A stretch of 28,300 nucleotides of DNA from NCBI GenBank assembly GCA_965649205.1, contig CBFGJV010000024.1, forward strand, positions 1 through 28,300, in the 5' to 3' direction. The number at the start of each line of letters is the position of its first letter. The stretch's first letter is position 1. This DNA is from a candidate division WOR-3 bacterium. GTDB lineage: Bacteria > Hydrothermota > Tepidihabitantia > Tepidihabitantales > Tepidihabitantaceae. Of the stretch, positions 16,609-25,867 are shown piece after piece. The notes below the pieces were generated by a model. It had not been told where the DNA came from, made no database searches, and saw only the letters and a list, made by a program, of their open reading frames with translations. Position numbers and translations under genes: made by a program.

Positions 16609-19600
16609 AGCGGCTAATCGTCAATTTACCGGTCAGCTGCCCGCAATCCCCGGTGAGCCGCACCAGATATATCCCGGGTGCCACAGGTTTCCCCTTTTCG
16701 TCCCTTGCGTCCCACACGAACGTATGACTGCCTTTTTCCAGGCTGGAGCCAGCCAGCTTTCTCACGCGCCGACCGGTGATGTCGTAAACTGCCAGCTCCA
16801 CCTGTCCGGGCAGAGGCAGGAAAAGACGCACCTGTGCTGTCCTACGTGCCGGATTTGGTCGCAACCCGATTACTGGTACGGGCATACTAATTCCTGCTTC
16901 TGACTCCGCCATTCCTGTCTGCACCGGTTCAGCCGCATAACGGATTGCCCGACCGGCTAGAATCGGCGATGCCGCCCGGTGGTACGTTCCGTTGTAGAGA
17001 TGCTGAATTCCTATGCTTCTTGACTGATCCTGTATTCCAACCGTGCTGGAGGTATAACCGTTGGCAGTCATATACTGTACCACAATGGGGTTATCGCCCC
17101 CGGGTCCGGCCCGCGTGGTGTCGTAGATGAATATCTGAAACTTGTCCCGCAGATTGCTGGGGTAGAAATAAGCCACGCTGTCGTATTCTATGACAAAGCG
17201 ACCATTGGCAATGTCGTGATAGTAGTACACATAACCGGTGTTGTTGTATCCTGGATACAAATCGTCCCAGTTGGCGCAGATGGCGCCAGGAGGAGCAGAA
17301 GAACTGGGCAGGGGAGTATTGCTGTAGTTGCTGGTGGTATAGTAACCAGGTACTATCCAGCCGTCGGCCGAAATTGACACCTGCGTATACCTCTGTCCAT
17401 AATAGCGCAACGGCCCGAAAGCCGGAGGAAGACTCACCACTACCACTGCATCGTTACCGCTGAAGTTTATCCTCGTTCCCAGGTGCCTTATCTCGAACCA
17501 TTCGTAAACTGGCCGGCCCATATAGAATGTGTCGCAGTCGTCGTAGGCATAATAGCGCGCGGGTTGGCGCGGTCCGTCTGGAATCGGGTCTGTGTTGTCG
17601 GTTTCGCCCACGCCTAAGAATATCTGGCGCCGGGAAAAATATCTGGCGCCCACAATGAACAGAGAACAGGCAATGCGACTTTCACGAGGAATTGACAGGT
17701 CCGCAAATACGCGAAAACGATCCCCGGAATTGAACACGGCCGAGTCTGGTCGCAACTCACCATAGGCACCAAAGGAATCGAGTACTGTCAGCCGCGGGTC
17801 AAGGGAAACCAGAACTGCCGTCACATTTTGCACTGTGCCCTGACCGATGTTGCGCAGTTGCACAGCCAGTTCCGCTTCTTCGCCCGGGTCCAGTTTGCCA
17901 TTGCGATTTCCCTGCGGTCTGGGGTCCCAACACCTGGTACTTCCCGCCACCAGCTGTCCTGCCGCCACTTCCAAGGGCAGTTTTGACACATAGCTCGCTC
18001 CCTCCGCATCCTGGCACACCAGCACCAGCGGTAACCGGTAACGGTTGGTACAAGCCTCAGACACCCGTAGCCGGTAACCTTCCGGCCCGGTCCAGGCCGA
18101 ATCTCCCGCCGCCATCGTACCCAGATACTTTACCGAGTCTTCCAGTGTCACCAAGGTATCACTGCTGTTGCGGCGCAGTATGCCGATTACGTCCCTTGCC
18201 GTCCGCGCCTCCCGGTTGACAATCCACAACGGCAGATTCACCGTTTCTCCGGGATTGATGAGCCCATCTCCATTCCCGCCCGGCGCAGGGTCGTCCACAG
18301 TATGTCGGAGGTAACTCACCCCCCGCGGCATCTTCTTGTCATACCAAGACTGCGCCGAATCGGCATTAGCCCGGATGTCTGCCTCCGATGTACCACCCAC
18401 AAATGCAAACGCCACCTTCTGCCGCTCTCCCGGAGCCAGGTTGAAAGGCCCGGCGGAAACCACGCAGGACCAGTTGGCGCTGCGATTGGAGTTCAAAATG
18501 CGGATGGCTCCCCGCAGAAAGCTGTCCTTAACCACCTCGGTCATCATGCCGGAGGGCTGTACATAGACCGCATGGTCCAGGGCCGACTGATTGGCCGCCG
18601 CAGCCGGAAACAGTAGCTTCACTCCTACTGCCGGGTTGGCGCTGGAAGACTGCATCATATAAGTGAGTCGCCGCACTGTGTCCGAAACCACGCGGTTGGA
18701 TGTGGTGTTATTCACATCAAAATCAGAGAAGATCCCGCAGTAGAGCCCATCAAGGCTGCTGCCGCCCTGGTTCTCCAGCAGGTACTCAATCACCACAAAA
18801 TTGCGATATCCGGCACCGGCCAGAGCAAAAGACCACTGACTCACCCGTAATCCTTTTGCTGCCGGATGATGGGCGTCGCTGAAAACCGCCCGGTACTCCT
18901 CATCCGCGGCCAGTGGCCGCACCACAGCAGACAAACTCTCTTCTACTTTCCAGTCTGTGTTATAGGTGGTGCTGGGATTCCCATACCACCGGTCCACCAC
19001 ATACGACGGACCATTGCCGCAGACAAGGCTCGTAAAGTACAACGAACCATATCCCGCATCGCGGGGATACTTCATTCCCGAGCCTTCGCGATAGGGCCCC
19101 AGCGTACCGACTGAACCAACGCAGGTAACCGAAAGAATCACATTGCCGGTATCATGGTCCAGCCACAACCGCCTGCCAGAATCCTCCTCCCCAATCGCCA
19201 TCTCAAAACACGCCTCCCAGTGACCTTCGTCCGCAACGCACACCAGCAGGAGCTCAGCCTTGCTTCCGGGAACGGCTGCCGGGTCCACGCTCAGGCAGAA
19301 AGGTTCGCCTTCAACCGTATCCCCCACGCCCATCGGACCATAACTGGCGGTGGAATCCAGCAGAGTAAGATACGGGCAGTTTGACCGAAGCCGGGCATTG
19401 ACGCCGCTTACCCCCGCAAGCCCCAGATTCGCCAACGAAACGAAAACCTCCGCAACTTCACCCGGGTCCAGCCGGCCGTTGCCGTCGGCCACCCTGCAGC
19501 CGGCAAATACCACCGCCGGTCGGTTCGTCCTGCCGCGCACCGCAACCGTCGTCTGCTGCGGATAATGGTTCGGTGCGCTGACAGAAATAGCCAGAGCCCC

Positions 19601-21490
19601 GCCAGAAGTCGGCGAGAGGAAAAGGTTCACCCAGCCCTGCGAATTGGTAATCCCCCGGGCATAAGTTTCCGCCCCCTTGTACGCACACACCAGCGCGCCC
19701 GGCACCGGCGCTGACCCGCTTCTCACGCTCACCCGGAACAGCTGTGGCCCCGCCAGTACGGAATCAGCACAAGTCACGCTGAGATTGCGCGGTTTCTCCG
19801 TCCAGATGGAAAGCGTGGGGTCCCCAAAAAGATTCAGCTCGTACACACACCAGCGCCACACCTCCTGTCCGCGGGTCAAAGTCTGAAAGTAATCCTTGGA
19901 CAAACCGTTCAAAACCCCGAACTGAAAAGCTCGGGCGTCGGTAAGGTAGCGATAGAACTGATAATCAAGCATCTCCGAGGGCCCGAAGGCCGGCGGATAG
20001 CCGAACCCGTAGCGCGAATTGAGACAGCAAGCGACACACCCGCCATTGGGCGCCTTGACCAACGCTTCCGCCAGACACTCCTGACCGTCAAACCAGCCCG
20101 ATTCGCAGGCAATGGAGTTCACAAAGTTGAGTTTGGTGAAGCCGTTGGTCAGACCGGAAACTTCCGAGCTGGTCATCACCGAAAAACTGGTCGGGCTGCC
20201 GTGTGCGGCCACATGCGCCAGTTGATACCCCTGATTCATCGCATTTCGATACACGCCTGAACCAGGGTCCTCCAGATGCGCAAACTGCCAGCCCGGCGGA
20301 AACAACTCGGCAATCATGCGATTGATGACCCGGCCATGAAAGGGCGAAAAAAGCATGGTAGAGCCCAGAAGTAGCTTCTTGAGACAGGTCGTATCCTGAT
20401 AGCGCTCATACATCGTGTCTTTGGCAAAGAATACCGCTACATCGGCAGCGTTATCCACCGGCGTACGGCCTACGAATATGTCGTGAAACAGGTCCATGGA
20501 ATCTGTCATCTCGCCAAAAAGGTTATTGCGATTAGAGTCCCACGAACCCTGCAAATCCGCATAGTAAAAGTCCGTGGCTATGTCACCTGTATTACCTTCG
20601 CACACAATTCGCGCCAGCCGCACCGGCACAATCTCCGCATCCCCGCCCAGCAAAAGCCATTTCAAACCGCGGTTTTTCCAATAGTCAATAACGCAGTTAC
20701 GAATCTTCTCCTGATTGTCCCGGCCTGGATAAACCGCATAGATGGAGTCTGTGCGTAGAATCACCGTCCTTATGCCCCGTCTGGTCTTCCACTCGGCAAA
20801 CGGCTGGAATGCACTTGCCAGCGAACTGGAGGTAATCACCGCCATATCACACGACCAGTTGTCAGTCGCTCTCCCTGCCGGGTGCCAGCGCGCCACGTCT
20901 GCTGGATTAGCCACAAACATCCGCACACATTCTTCCATCATCTTTACCTGAGACTCTTCCAACACCATAGTCTCATGCTGTCCGGTCCGGTAATGAACAG
21001 CCAGGCGCATTCGCACTGCTAGCTCCAACCTCCTCTGCGCTGGCCGGTAACGCAGCGGCACCACCTGCAATCCCGCCAGGCGATACCCGCCCATACACCC
21101 AGAAGGAGTGAAACTGACTGCCTCTGACGGATAAACCCCATCCGACTGGTAGGTCTTATCGTTCGGCGCGACAAAATCTCCCGTCGGACGAGACAGCACC
21201 TGCGGTCGCTGACACGGATGAAGGTAGAACTCGCCCGGCACCGGCTCCCAGACTGTATCCTTAACTTCCACCGCCACCACCTCGGCGTCCGGCGGAATCA
21301 CCACCTTGTATATGGCAAGGGGCAAGAGCGGCTCGCCCGGCTCTGAAGTCCAGTACCCCCCAGGCAGTGCTACTATGTCAAATTCCTGTATCTTATCAAA
21401 CACAAACTGCTCAAGGTTGAACTCAATGTTCAAATTCACCAAGCTGGCTACAGCAAGTACCGGAATAGAGAAAAAACCGATAGCACGCAC
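16607..21490 (-). CDS. Gingipain-like C25 cysteine peptidase: propeptide, catalytic domain, Ig domain, three GNGxLDPGE Ig-like domains, C-terminal FlgD-Ig/T9SS-type sorting domain
   Basis: PGEPLLP propeptide; FAEWKTRRG, LLLGGD..IVP, TDFYYADL, VGRTP, catalytic AHG and IAC, LFGDP; C-terminal PNP...VYDITGRRVR...WDARDEKGKPVAPGIYLVRL. Start moved to GTG 21490 behind AGGAGG, which gives a signal peptide. Confidence 0.9.
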   Translation of the reverse strand: MRAIGFFSIPVLAVASLVNLNIEFNLEQFVFDKIQEFDIVALPGGYWTSEPGEPLLPLAIYKVVIPPDAEVVAVEVKDTVWEPVPGEFYLHPCQRPQVLSRPTGDFVAPNDKTYQSDGVYPSEAVSFTPSGCMGGYRLAGLQVVPLRYRPAQRRLELAVRMRLAVHYRTGQHETMVLEESQVKMMEECVRMFVANPADVARWHPAGRATDNWSCDMAVITSSSLASAFQPFAEWKTRRGIRTVILRTDSIYAVYPGRDNQEKIRNCVIDYWKNRGLKWLLLGGDAEIVPVRLARIVCEGNTGDIATDFYYADLQGSWDSNRNNLFGEMTDSMDLFHDIFVGRTPVDNAADVAVFFAKDTMYERYQDTTCLKKLLLGSTMLFSPFHGRVINRMIAELFPPGWQFAHLEDPGSGVYRNAMNQGYQLAHVAAHGSPTSFSVMTSSEVSGLTNGFTKLNFVNSIACESGWFDGQECLAEALVKAPNGGCVACCLNSRYGFGYPPAFGPSEMLDYQFYRYLTDARAFQFGVLNGLSKDYFQTLTRGQEVWRWCVYELNLFGDPTLSIWTEKPRNLSVTCADSVLAGPQLFRVSVRSGSAPVPGALVCAYKGAETYARGITNSQGWVNLFLSPTSGGALAISVSAPNHYPQQTTVAVRGRTNRPAVVFAGCRVADGNGRLDPGEVAEVFVSLANLGLAGVSGVNARLRSNCPYLTLLDSTASYGPMGVGDTVEGEPFCLSVDPAAVPGSKAELLLVCVADEGHWEACFEMAIGEEDSGRRLWLDHDTGNVILSVTCVGSVGTLGPYREGSGMKYPRDAGYGSLYFTSLVCGNGPSYVVDRWYGNPSTTYNTDWKVEESLSAVVRPLAADEEYRAVFSDAHHPAAKGLRVSQWSFALAGAGYRNFVVIEYLLENQGGSSLDGLYCGIFSDFDVNNTTSNRVVSDTVRRLTYMMQSSSANPAVGVKLLFPAAAANQSALDHAVYVQPSGMMTEVVKDSFLRGAIRILNSNRSANWSCVVSAGPFNLAPGERQKVAFAFVGGTSEADIRANADSAQSWYDKKMPRGVSYLRHTVDDPAPGGNGDGLINPGETVNLPLWIVNREARTARDVIGILRRNSSDTLVTLEDSVKYLGTMAAGDSAWTGPEGYRLRVSEACTNRYRLPLVLVCQDAEGASYVSKLPLEVAAGQLVAGSTRCWDPRPQGNRNGKLDPGEEAELAVQLRNIGQGTVQNVTAVLVSLDPRLTVLDSFGAYGELRPDSAVFNSGDRFRVFADLSIPRESRIACSLFIVGARYFSRRQIFLGVGETDNTDPIPDGPRQPARYYAYDDCDTFYMGRPVYEWFEIRHLGTRINFSGNDAVVVVSLPPAFGPLRYYGQRYTQVSISADGWIVPGYYTTSNYSNTPLPSSSAPPGAICANWDDLYPGYNNTGYVYYYHDIANGRFVIEYDSVAYFYPSNLRDKFQIFIYDTTRAGPGGDNPIVVQYMTANGYTSSTVGIQDQSRSIGIQHLYNGTYHRAASPILAGRAIRYAAEPVQTGMAESEAGISMPVPVIGLRPNPARRTAQVRLFLPLPGQVELAVYDITGRRVRKLAGSSLEKGSHTFVWDARDEKGKPVAPGIYLVRLTGDCGQLTGKLTISR

Positions 21491-21522
21491 GTCACCTCCT
21501 GTTGAAGTCAAAGTCTGAGGAA

Positions 21523-21550
21523 ATACTACGTCGCCCTGAAGCTGGGTCAA
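21523..21550 (-). promoter_or_regulatory. Promoter of the C25 peptidase gene
   Basis: TTGACC (21545-21550)-N16-TAGTAT (21523-21528). It lies inside the ORF-track 5' extension, which supports the 21490 start. Confidence 0.6.
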
Positions 21551-21909
21551 CAGACGAACACACGGCATACCTTCACTGCCCGCTAACAGAGGACCCTTGG
21601 GAATAAGATGAGGTATAGTATGTATTGCCTAACCAAGGACTGAGGCGTAACTGCTAAGGCACAGAAGATGATGTAATCGTCGCTGCGCTCAGAGGAGACC
21701 TTGGCGGCTTACTATTGGCGTATCGACTTAACTAAGCACCGGAACAGTTCTCGTTCGAACCGCCCGGCGAGTTCAACCGAGTGGCCACGCAAGGCTCAAA
21801 TCCGGAAAGTCCACCGGTGGAGCACTGCGGTAGGTTGAGGGGGCGAAATTAGGAGAGAAGTAAATTGAAGAAGGAAACTGAAATGTTGTCAATGCGGTGC
21901 GGAAACAGT

Positions 21910-22941
21910 CTATAGCTCCAACTCAGTCTGCAGCGAAGCCACAGGCCGACGCTTGAAATGCTGGTACGCGAGCTTTGTCGCCATTCGGCCGCGCGGAGTC
22001 CTCTGCAGGAATCCTTCCTGCACCAGAAAAGGTTCGTACACTTCTTCGATGGTGCCGGTATCCTCACCCACCGCAACCGCGAGCGAGGATATACCGACGG
22101 GCCCACCATTGAACTTGTCAATTACGGTCAGCAGAATTTTCTTATCCATCTCATCCAGCCCACGTGTGTCCACATCCAGCTGCGCAAGGGCAAACTCGGC
22201 AATCTCTCTGTCCACGCGTTCCTTGCCGTGCACCTGGGCAAAGTCCCGCACCCGGCGCAGAAGCCGATTGGCAATTCTAGGTGTGCCCCGGGCTCTGCGG
22301 CCAATCTCCATCGCCCCGTCATCGTCAATCGGAATGCCCAGAATCCGGGCCGACCGCTGCACAATCTCCACCAAGTCCTCAGCCGAGTAGTAGTCCAATC
22401 GAAAACTCATACCAAACCGCGAACGCAAAGGCGCGGTGAGCAGTCCGGACCGAGTCGTAGCTCCTACCAGCGTAAAACGCACCAGATTTAGCCGTTCTGA
22501 CCTTGCACCCGGCCCCCGGTCTAGCATCACGTCAATTGCGTATTCCTCCAGCGCCGGATAGAGGAATTCCTCCACCGCCTTATTGGTGCGGTGAATCTCG
22601 TCTATGAAGAATACGTCGCCCGCGGCCAAGCCGGTAAGAATCCCGGCCAAGTCCACAGGCCGCTCCAGAATCGGACCAGAGCTGCATCTGATGCGCGTGC
22701 CCATCTCCTGCGCAATAATGTAAGCAAGGGTAGTCTTACCCAGACCAGGCGGCCCGAAGAAAAGCACATGCTCTAGGGGCTCACCGCGCATCTTCGCCGC
22801 CTCAATGAATACACGCAGATTCTCCTTCAATTTCTTCTGACCGATGAATTCTGCAAGCCGCAGCGGCCTTATCTGTTCCTCTACTGCCGCCTCACCGTCT
22901 AATCTCCGACCAGTAACCAGACGTTCTTTGGTGCCGGACAT
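21910..22941 (-). CDS. ruvB: Holliday junction branch migration helicase RuvB
   Basis: [68 protein letters not shown]. Confidence 0.98.
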   Translation of the reverse strand: MSGTKERLVTGRRLDGEAAVEEQIRPLRLAEFIGQKKLKENLRVFIEAAKMRGEPLEHVLFFGPPGLGKTTLAYIIAQEMGTRIRCSSGPILERPVDLAGILTGLAAGDVFFIDEIHRTNKAVEEFLYPALEEYAIDVMLDRGPGARSERLNLVRFTLVGATTRSGLLTAPLRSRFGMSFRLDYYSAEDLVEIVQRSARILGIPIDDDGAMEIGRRARGTPRIANRLLRRVRDFAQVHGKERVDREIAEFALAQLDVDTRGLDEMDKKILLTVIDKFNGGPVGISSLAVAVGEDTGTIEEVYEPFLVQEGFLQRTPRGRMATKLAYQHFKRRPVASLQTELEL

Positions 22942-22946
22942 GTGGT

Positions 22947-23573
22947 CTATGACTTACCCCTGACTCTGCCTGCCCCGCTAGAATCGGTCATAGATTGTGC
23001 GCTGTCTCCGCCCGTTGTCTGGTCGGCGAGTGCCTGTCTGAGCAAGTGTTCCAACGTTACGCCCGGCTCCGGCTTCACACGCTCCAGACGCAAACGTGCC
23101 TCCCGGCTGGTCAATCCCAAATATACTAGCGCTTTATGCGCATCCGCATAAAGAGGTTCCGTCACTTCGGCCGGCGCAGTTTTTTCTTTCAATTCTTCAA
23201 TCAACCGCTGCGCCTTCTTTGGCCCGATGCCCGGCACAGTCCGGATGATGCTCGCATCCCCGCGACTGATTACGCCCCGTATTTCCTCCGGCCCGAAACG
23301 CGAAAGCAAATTCAGTCCTGCTTTCGGCCCTACCCCTTTCACAGAGGTGATGAGGACAAACACATCTCTTTCTGCCTTGTCAGAAAACCCATACAGTTCA
23401 ACCCCCTCGCGAGTGAACCTAGTTACCACCAAAAGTTCAACCTGACTGCCTATGTTTCCTACTCGCCGAGAAGTAGAAAGCGGTACCCCCAGCTCAAATC
23501 CTATCCCTTGACACTCAACCACCACGCGCGTTGGTTCCTTCTCGGCTAGTATGCCTTTAAGTAAAGAAATCAT
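22947..23573 (-). CDS. ruvA: Holliday junction branch migration protein RuvA
   Basis: MISLLKG, LYGF, VKGVGPK and [11 protein letters not shown]hH motifs, ALVYLG. Confidence 0.96.
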   Translation of the reverse strand: MISLLKGILAEKEPTRVVVECQGIGFELGVPLSTSRRVGNIGSQVELLVVTRFTREGVELYGFSDKAERDVFVLITSVKGVGPKAGLNLLSRFGPEEIRGVISRGDASIIRTVPGIGPKKAQRLIEELKEKTAPAEVTEPLYADAHKALVYLGLTSREARLRLERVKPEPGVTLEHLLRQALADQTTGGDSAQSMTDSSGAGRVRGKS

Positions 23574-24094
23574 TCTTTCGTTCTGTAGCCCGTAACCTGT
23601 AACATAGAACCCGTCCTGCCTGCCACGCAGTAAGCCGCGGCCAGCGCATCAGCCGCATGTTCCGGTACCCGCTCGTCAAGACAAAGCAGCTGCCTTATCA
23701 TATAGTTCATCTGCTGTTTGGATGCCCTGCCCGAACCGGTTACTGCCAACTTTACCGTCGCTGGCGTTACTTCCTGCACAGGAATCTGTCGGCGGCCAAG
23801 AATTGCCATTATCACCCCTCGTGCCTGCGCAGAAAGCAGCACGCTTCTTGCTCCCCCTCCCTTGAAGAAAAGACTCTCGATGGCGCAGCACTGAGGCCGG
23901 CTGCGTCCCAAAATTTTGTCCAGCTGCTGACCCAATCGGGCCAGCCGCTCAGCCACACTCTCACGGTTATCTGTGGCAATCACACCGTACTCCAGTACCT
24001 TTCCCCCTTCCACTACACCATACCCGGTGGCTGAAAACCCCGGGTCAATGCCGATGATCCTCGTCGCCGCGTCAGCTACCGGACACGCGCTCAA
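23570..24094 (-). CDS. ruvC: Crossover junction endodeoxyribonuclease RuvC (start uncertain)
   Basis: RIIGIDPG..TGYG, AIE, QARG, TP..VK..VTGSGRASK, HAADALA. Nearest canonical start is TTG 24094 inside yebC; see finding. Confidence 0.93.
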   Translation of the reverse strand: MSACPVADAATRIIGIDPGFSATGYGVVEGGKVLEYGVIATDNRESVAERLARLGQQLDKILGRSRPQCCAIESLFFKGGGARSVLLSAQARGVIMAILGRRQIPVQEVTPATVKLAVTGSGRASKQQMNYMIRQLLCLDERVPEHAADALAAAYCVAGRTGSMLQVTGYRTKE

Positions 24095-24824
24095 GCACCT
24101 CGTCCGGTATGTCAAAGTTGGCATAGACCTGTTGCACTTCTTCCAGGTCTTCGAGCATCTCTACGAGCTTCAGCACCCGCGGGGCATCCTTCTCACTCAC
24201 CGGCACAGTATTAGAAGCAATCTGCGTTGCCTCTGCACTCAGCCATTCGATACCAGCCTCCTTCAGCTTGGCTTTTACCGCCTCAAAGTTGGACAACGAT
24301 GTGACTACCGAATAACCGCTTTCATCTGTCTGCACATCCTCCGCGCCGGCTTCCAGAGCCACACTGAGCAAAGTATCTTCGCTCACCTTGTCTTTGGGAA
24401 TTACAATCAGTCCCTGCGGCTTAAACTGCCAGGCCACGCAACCGGCTGCACCCATGGAGCCGCCGTACTTTTCGAACACGTGCCTCACTTCGGCTGTGGT
24501 GCGGTTCTTGTTGTCCGTCAGCACCCGCACCATCAATGCCACACCCGCAGGGCCATATCCCTCATAAATTACTTCTTCGTAGGCCACACCCGGCAATTCG
24601 CCCGTGCCCTTTTTTATGGCCCGCTCGATATTCTCCGCAGGCATATTGATGGCCCGTGCCGATTCAATGGCAGTACGCAACCGCGGGTTACCTGCCGGGT
24701 CGCCACCGCCCAGTCTAGCCGCAGTGGTTATCTCCCGAATCAGCTTGGAAAAAGCCTTGCCCCGGGCCGCATCAGCTTTACTCTTCTTATGCTTTATAGT
24801 TGCCCATTTAGAATGTCCAGACAT
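24072..24824 (-). CDS. yebC: YebC/PmpR family protein
   Basis: MSGHSKWATIKHKK, NPRLR, YEGYGPAG, TDNKNRT, VQQVYAN; canonical yebC-ruvC-ruvA-ruvB synteny. Confidence 0.97.
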   Translation of the reverse strand: MSGHSKWATIKHKKSKADAARGKAFSKLIREITTAARLGGGDPAGNPRLRTAIESARAINMPAENIERAIKKGTGELPGVAYEEVIYEGYGPAGVALMVRVLTDNKNRTTAEVRHVFEKYGGSMGAAGCVAWQFKPQGLIVIPKDKVSEDTLLSVALEAGAEDVQTDESGYSVVTSLSNFEAVKAKLKEAGIEWLSAEATQIASNTVPVSEKDAPRVLKLVEMLEDLEEVQQVYANFDIPDEVLERVSGS

Positions 24825-24858
24825 TATTATCCTCCTGCAAGAATAAACTCACTGCCCT

Positions 24859-24886
24859 ATTCTAAGTCCGGTTCTTTCTCTGTCAA
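24859..24886 (-). promoter_or_regulatory. Promoter of yebC-ruvCAB
   Basis: TTGACA (24881-24886)-N16-TAGAAT (24859-24864); SD AGGAGG downstream. Confidence 0.72.
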
Positions 24887-24908
24887 TTATCTGGGCGTAC
24901 GATTCGGC

Positions 24909-24937
24909 TTGACAAATAAGGAGGCGGCGGCTAACTT
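24909..24937 (+). promoter_or_regulatory. Divergent promoter, probably leaderless, for the PorV-like gene
   Basis: TTGACA (24909-24914)-N17-TAACTT (24932-24937), 6 nt before ATG 24944. Confidence 0.55.
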
Positions 24938-24943
24938 GTCTCG

Positions 24944-25852
24944 ATGAATATCCTCCTAATTTTCAGTTTGATAGCCATTGATCCCAATGCCGGAACTTCC
25001 GGTTTTGATTTCATACGCATTGTTCCCACTGCCCGGGAGGCCGCCTTGGCGGGTGCCGCCCTGGGCCATGCAGAAAGTCCTATGTGTTTTTGGTATTCGC
25101 CTGCACTTCTGGCCGTCATCCCCTCTCAACGCGCCCATGTGGGATATGTGAACTATGTCGGCGGCATCCATTTAGGCTCGCTAGCTTATTCCCAACCCTT
25201 GGCCACTAACAAGGGCGTCGGTATCGGTGTCGTGTATCTGAATTCCGGAGCGATGAAACGTACCGATCCCCTGGGTAACGAACTGGGGGCATTCGGAGTG
25301 TCATTCGCCGATTTCAACATCAGTGGCGCTATGCAGGTTGCTGATCTAGTGTCTTTCGGTCTCGCTATGCAGGCACTTTATGGCTCCATAGATACGTTCT
25401 TCGGACTTGGTCTGGCTGCCAGCATCGGTTGCCGAACGCAAGTACCAATAGAAGGCATAAGAGGGCTGTATGCCGGTCTGGCTGCGCGCAACTTCGGCTA
25501 CCAGGTGAAAGCTTTTCAAGCCAACCGCGATCGCATGCCAATGGAAATTGGAGCAGGGCTTGCTTTCAATCCCAACCCCGCGCTCAATTTTGCCTGCGAT
25601 GTAATCAAGCCCCTGGATGACCGATTCGAATTCCGCTGTGGGATTGAAGGCTGGGTTGCCGACCTCCTGGTGTTGCGCGGCGGCTACTCCACTAAAGGAG
25701 CAGACTACAGGTCAGGTGGAGGCAGTGACATTCTGGCCGGACTTACTACCGGGCTTGGCTTTCGCTTCCGCCAGTATCAGCTTGACTATGCCTTCATCCC
25801 CATGGTGGAGTTGGGAATGGCTCACCGTCTCTCTTTGTCCATCAACCTCTGA
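24944..25852 (+). CDS. PorV/PorQ (UPF0164, FadL-like) outer-membrane beta-barrel protein
   Basis: GTSGFDFIRIVPTAREAALAGA...WYSPALLA N-terminus; alternating beta-strand pattern; LRGGY, GLGFRF..YQLDYAF...LG..HRLSL C-terminus. Confidence 0.78.
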   Translation: MNILLIFSLIAIDPNAGTSGFDFIRIVPTAREAALAGAALGHAESPMCFWYSPALLAVIPSQRAHVGYVNYVGGIHLGSLAYSQPLATNKGVGIGVVYLNSGAMKRTDPLGNELGAFGVSFADFNISGAMQVADLVSFGLAMQALYGSIDTFFGLGLAASIGCRTQVPIEGIRGLYAGLAARNFGYQVKAFQANRDRMPMEIGAGLAFNPNPALNFACDVIKPLDDRFEFRCGIEGWVADLLVLRGGYSTKGADYRSGGGSDILAGLTTGLGFRFRQYQLDYAFIPMVELGMAHRLSLSINL

Positions 25853-25867
25853 TTCTGAGACCCTGAT

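Noticed and set aside
21491..21568. ORF-track N-terminal extension of the C25 gene
   Set aside because: A strong SD precedes GTG 21490, the signal peptide starts there, and a promoter lies within the extension.
16346..21688. 11-mer CGTCGCTGCGC present in both spacers flanking the C25 gene (16346-16356, 21678-21688)
   Set aside because: A GC-rich 11-mer match is plausible by chance; there is no integrase or transposase and the similarity does not extend.
21801..21860. GGAAAGTCC (RNase P-like) and GGGGGCGAAA (tmRNA 5'-like) snippets
   Set aside because: The remaining conserved elements do not follow, and ruvB begins within about 50-100 nt.
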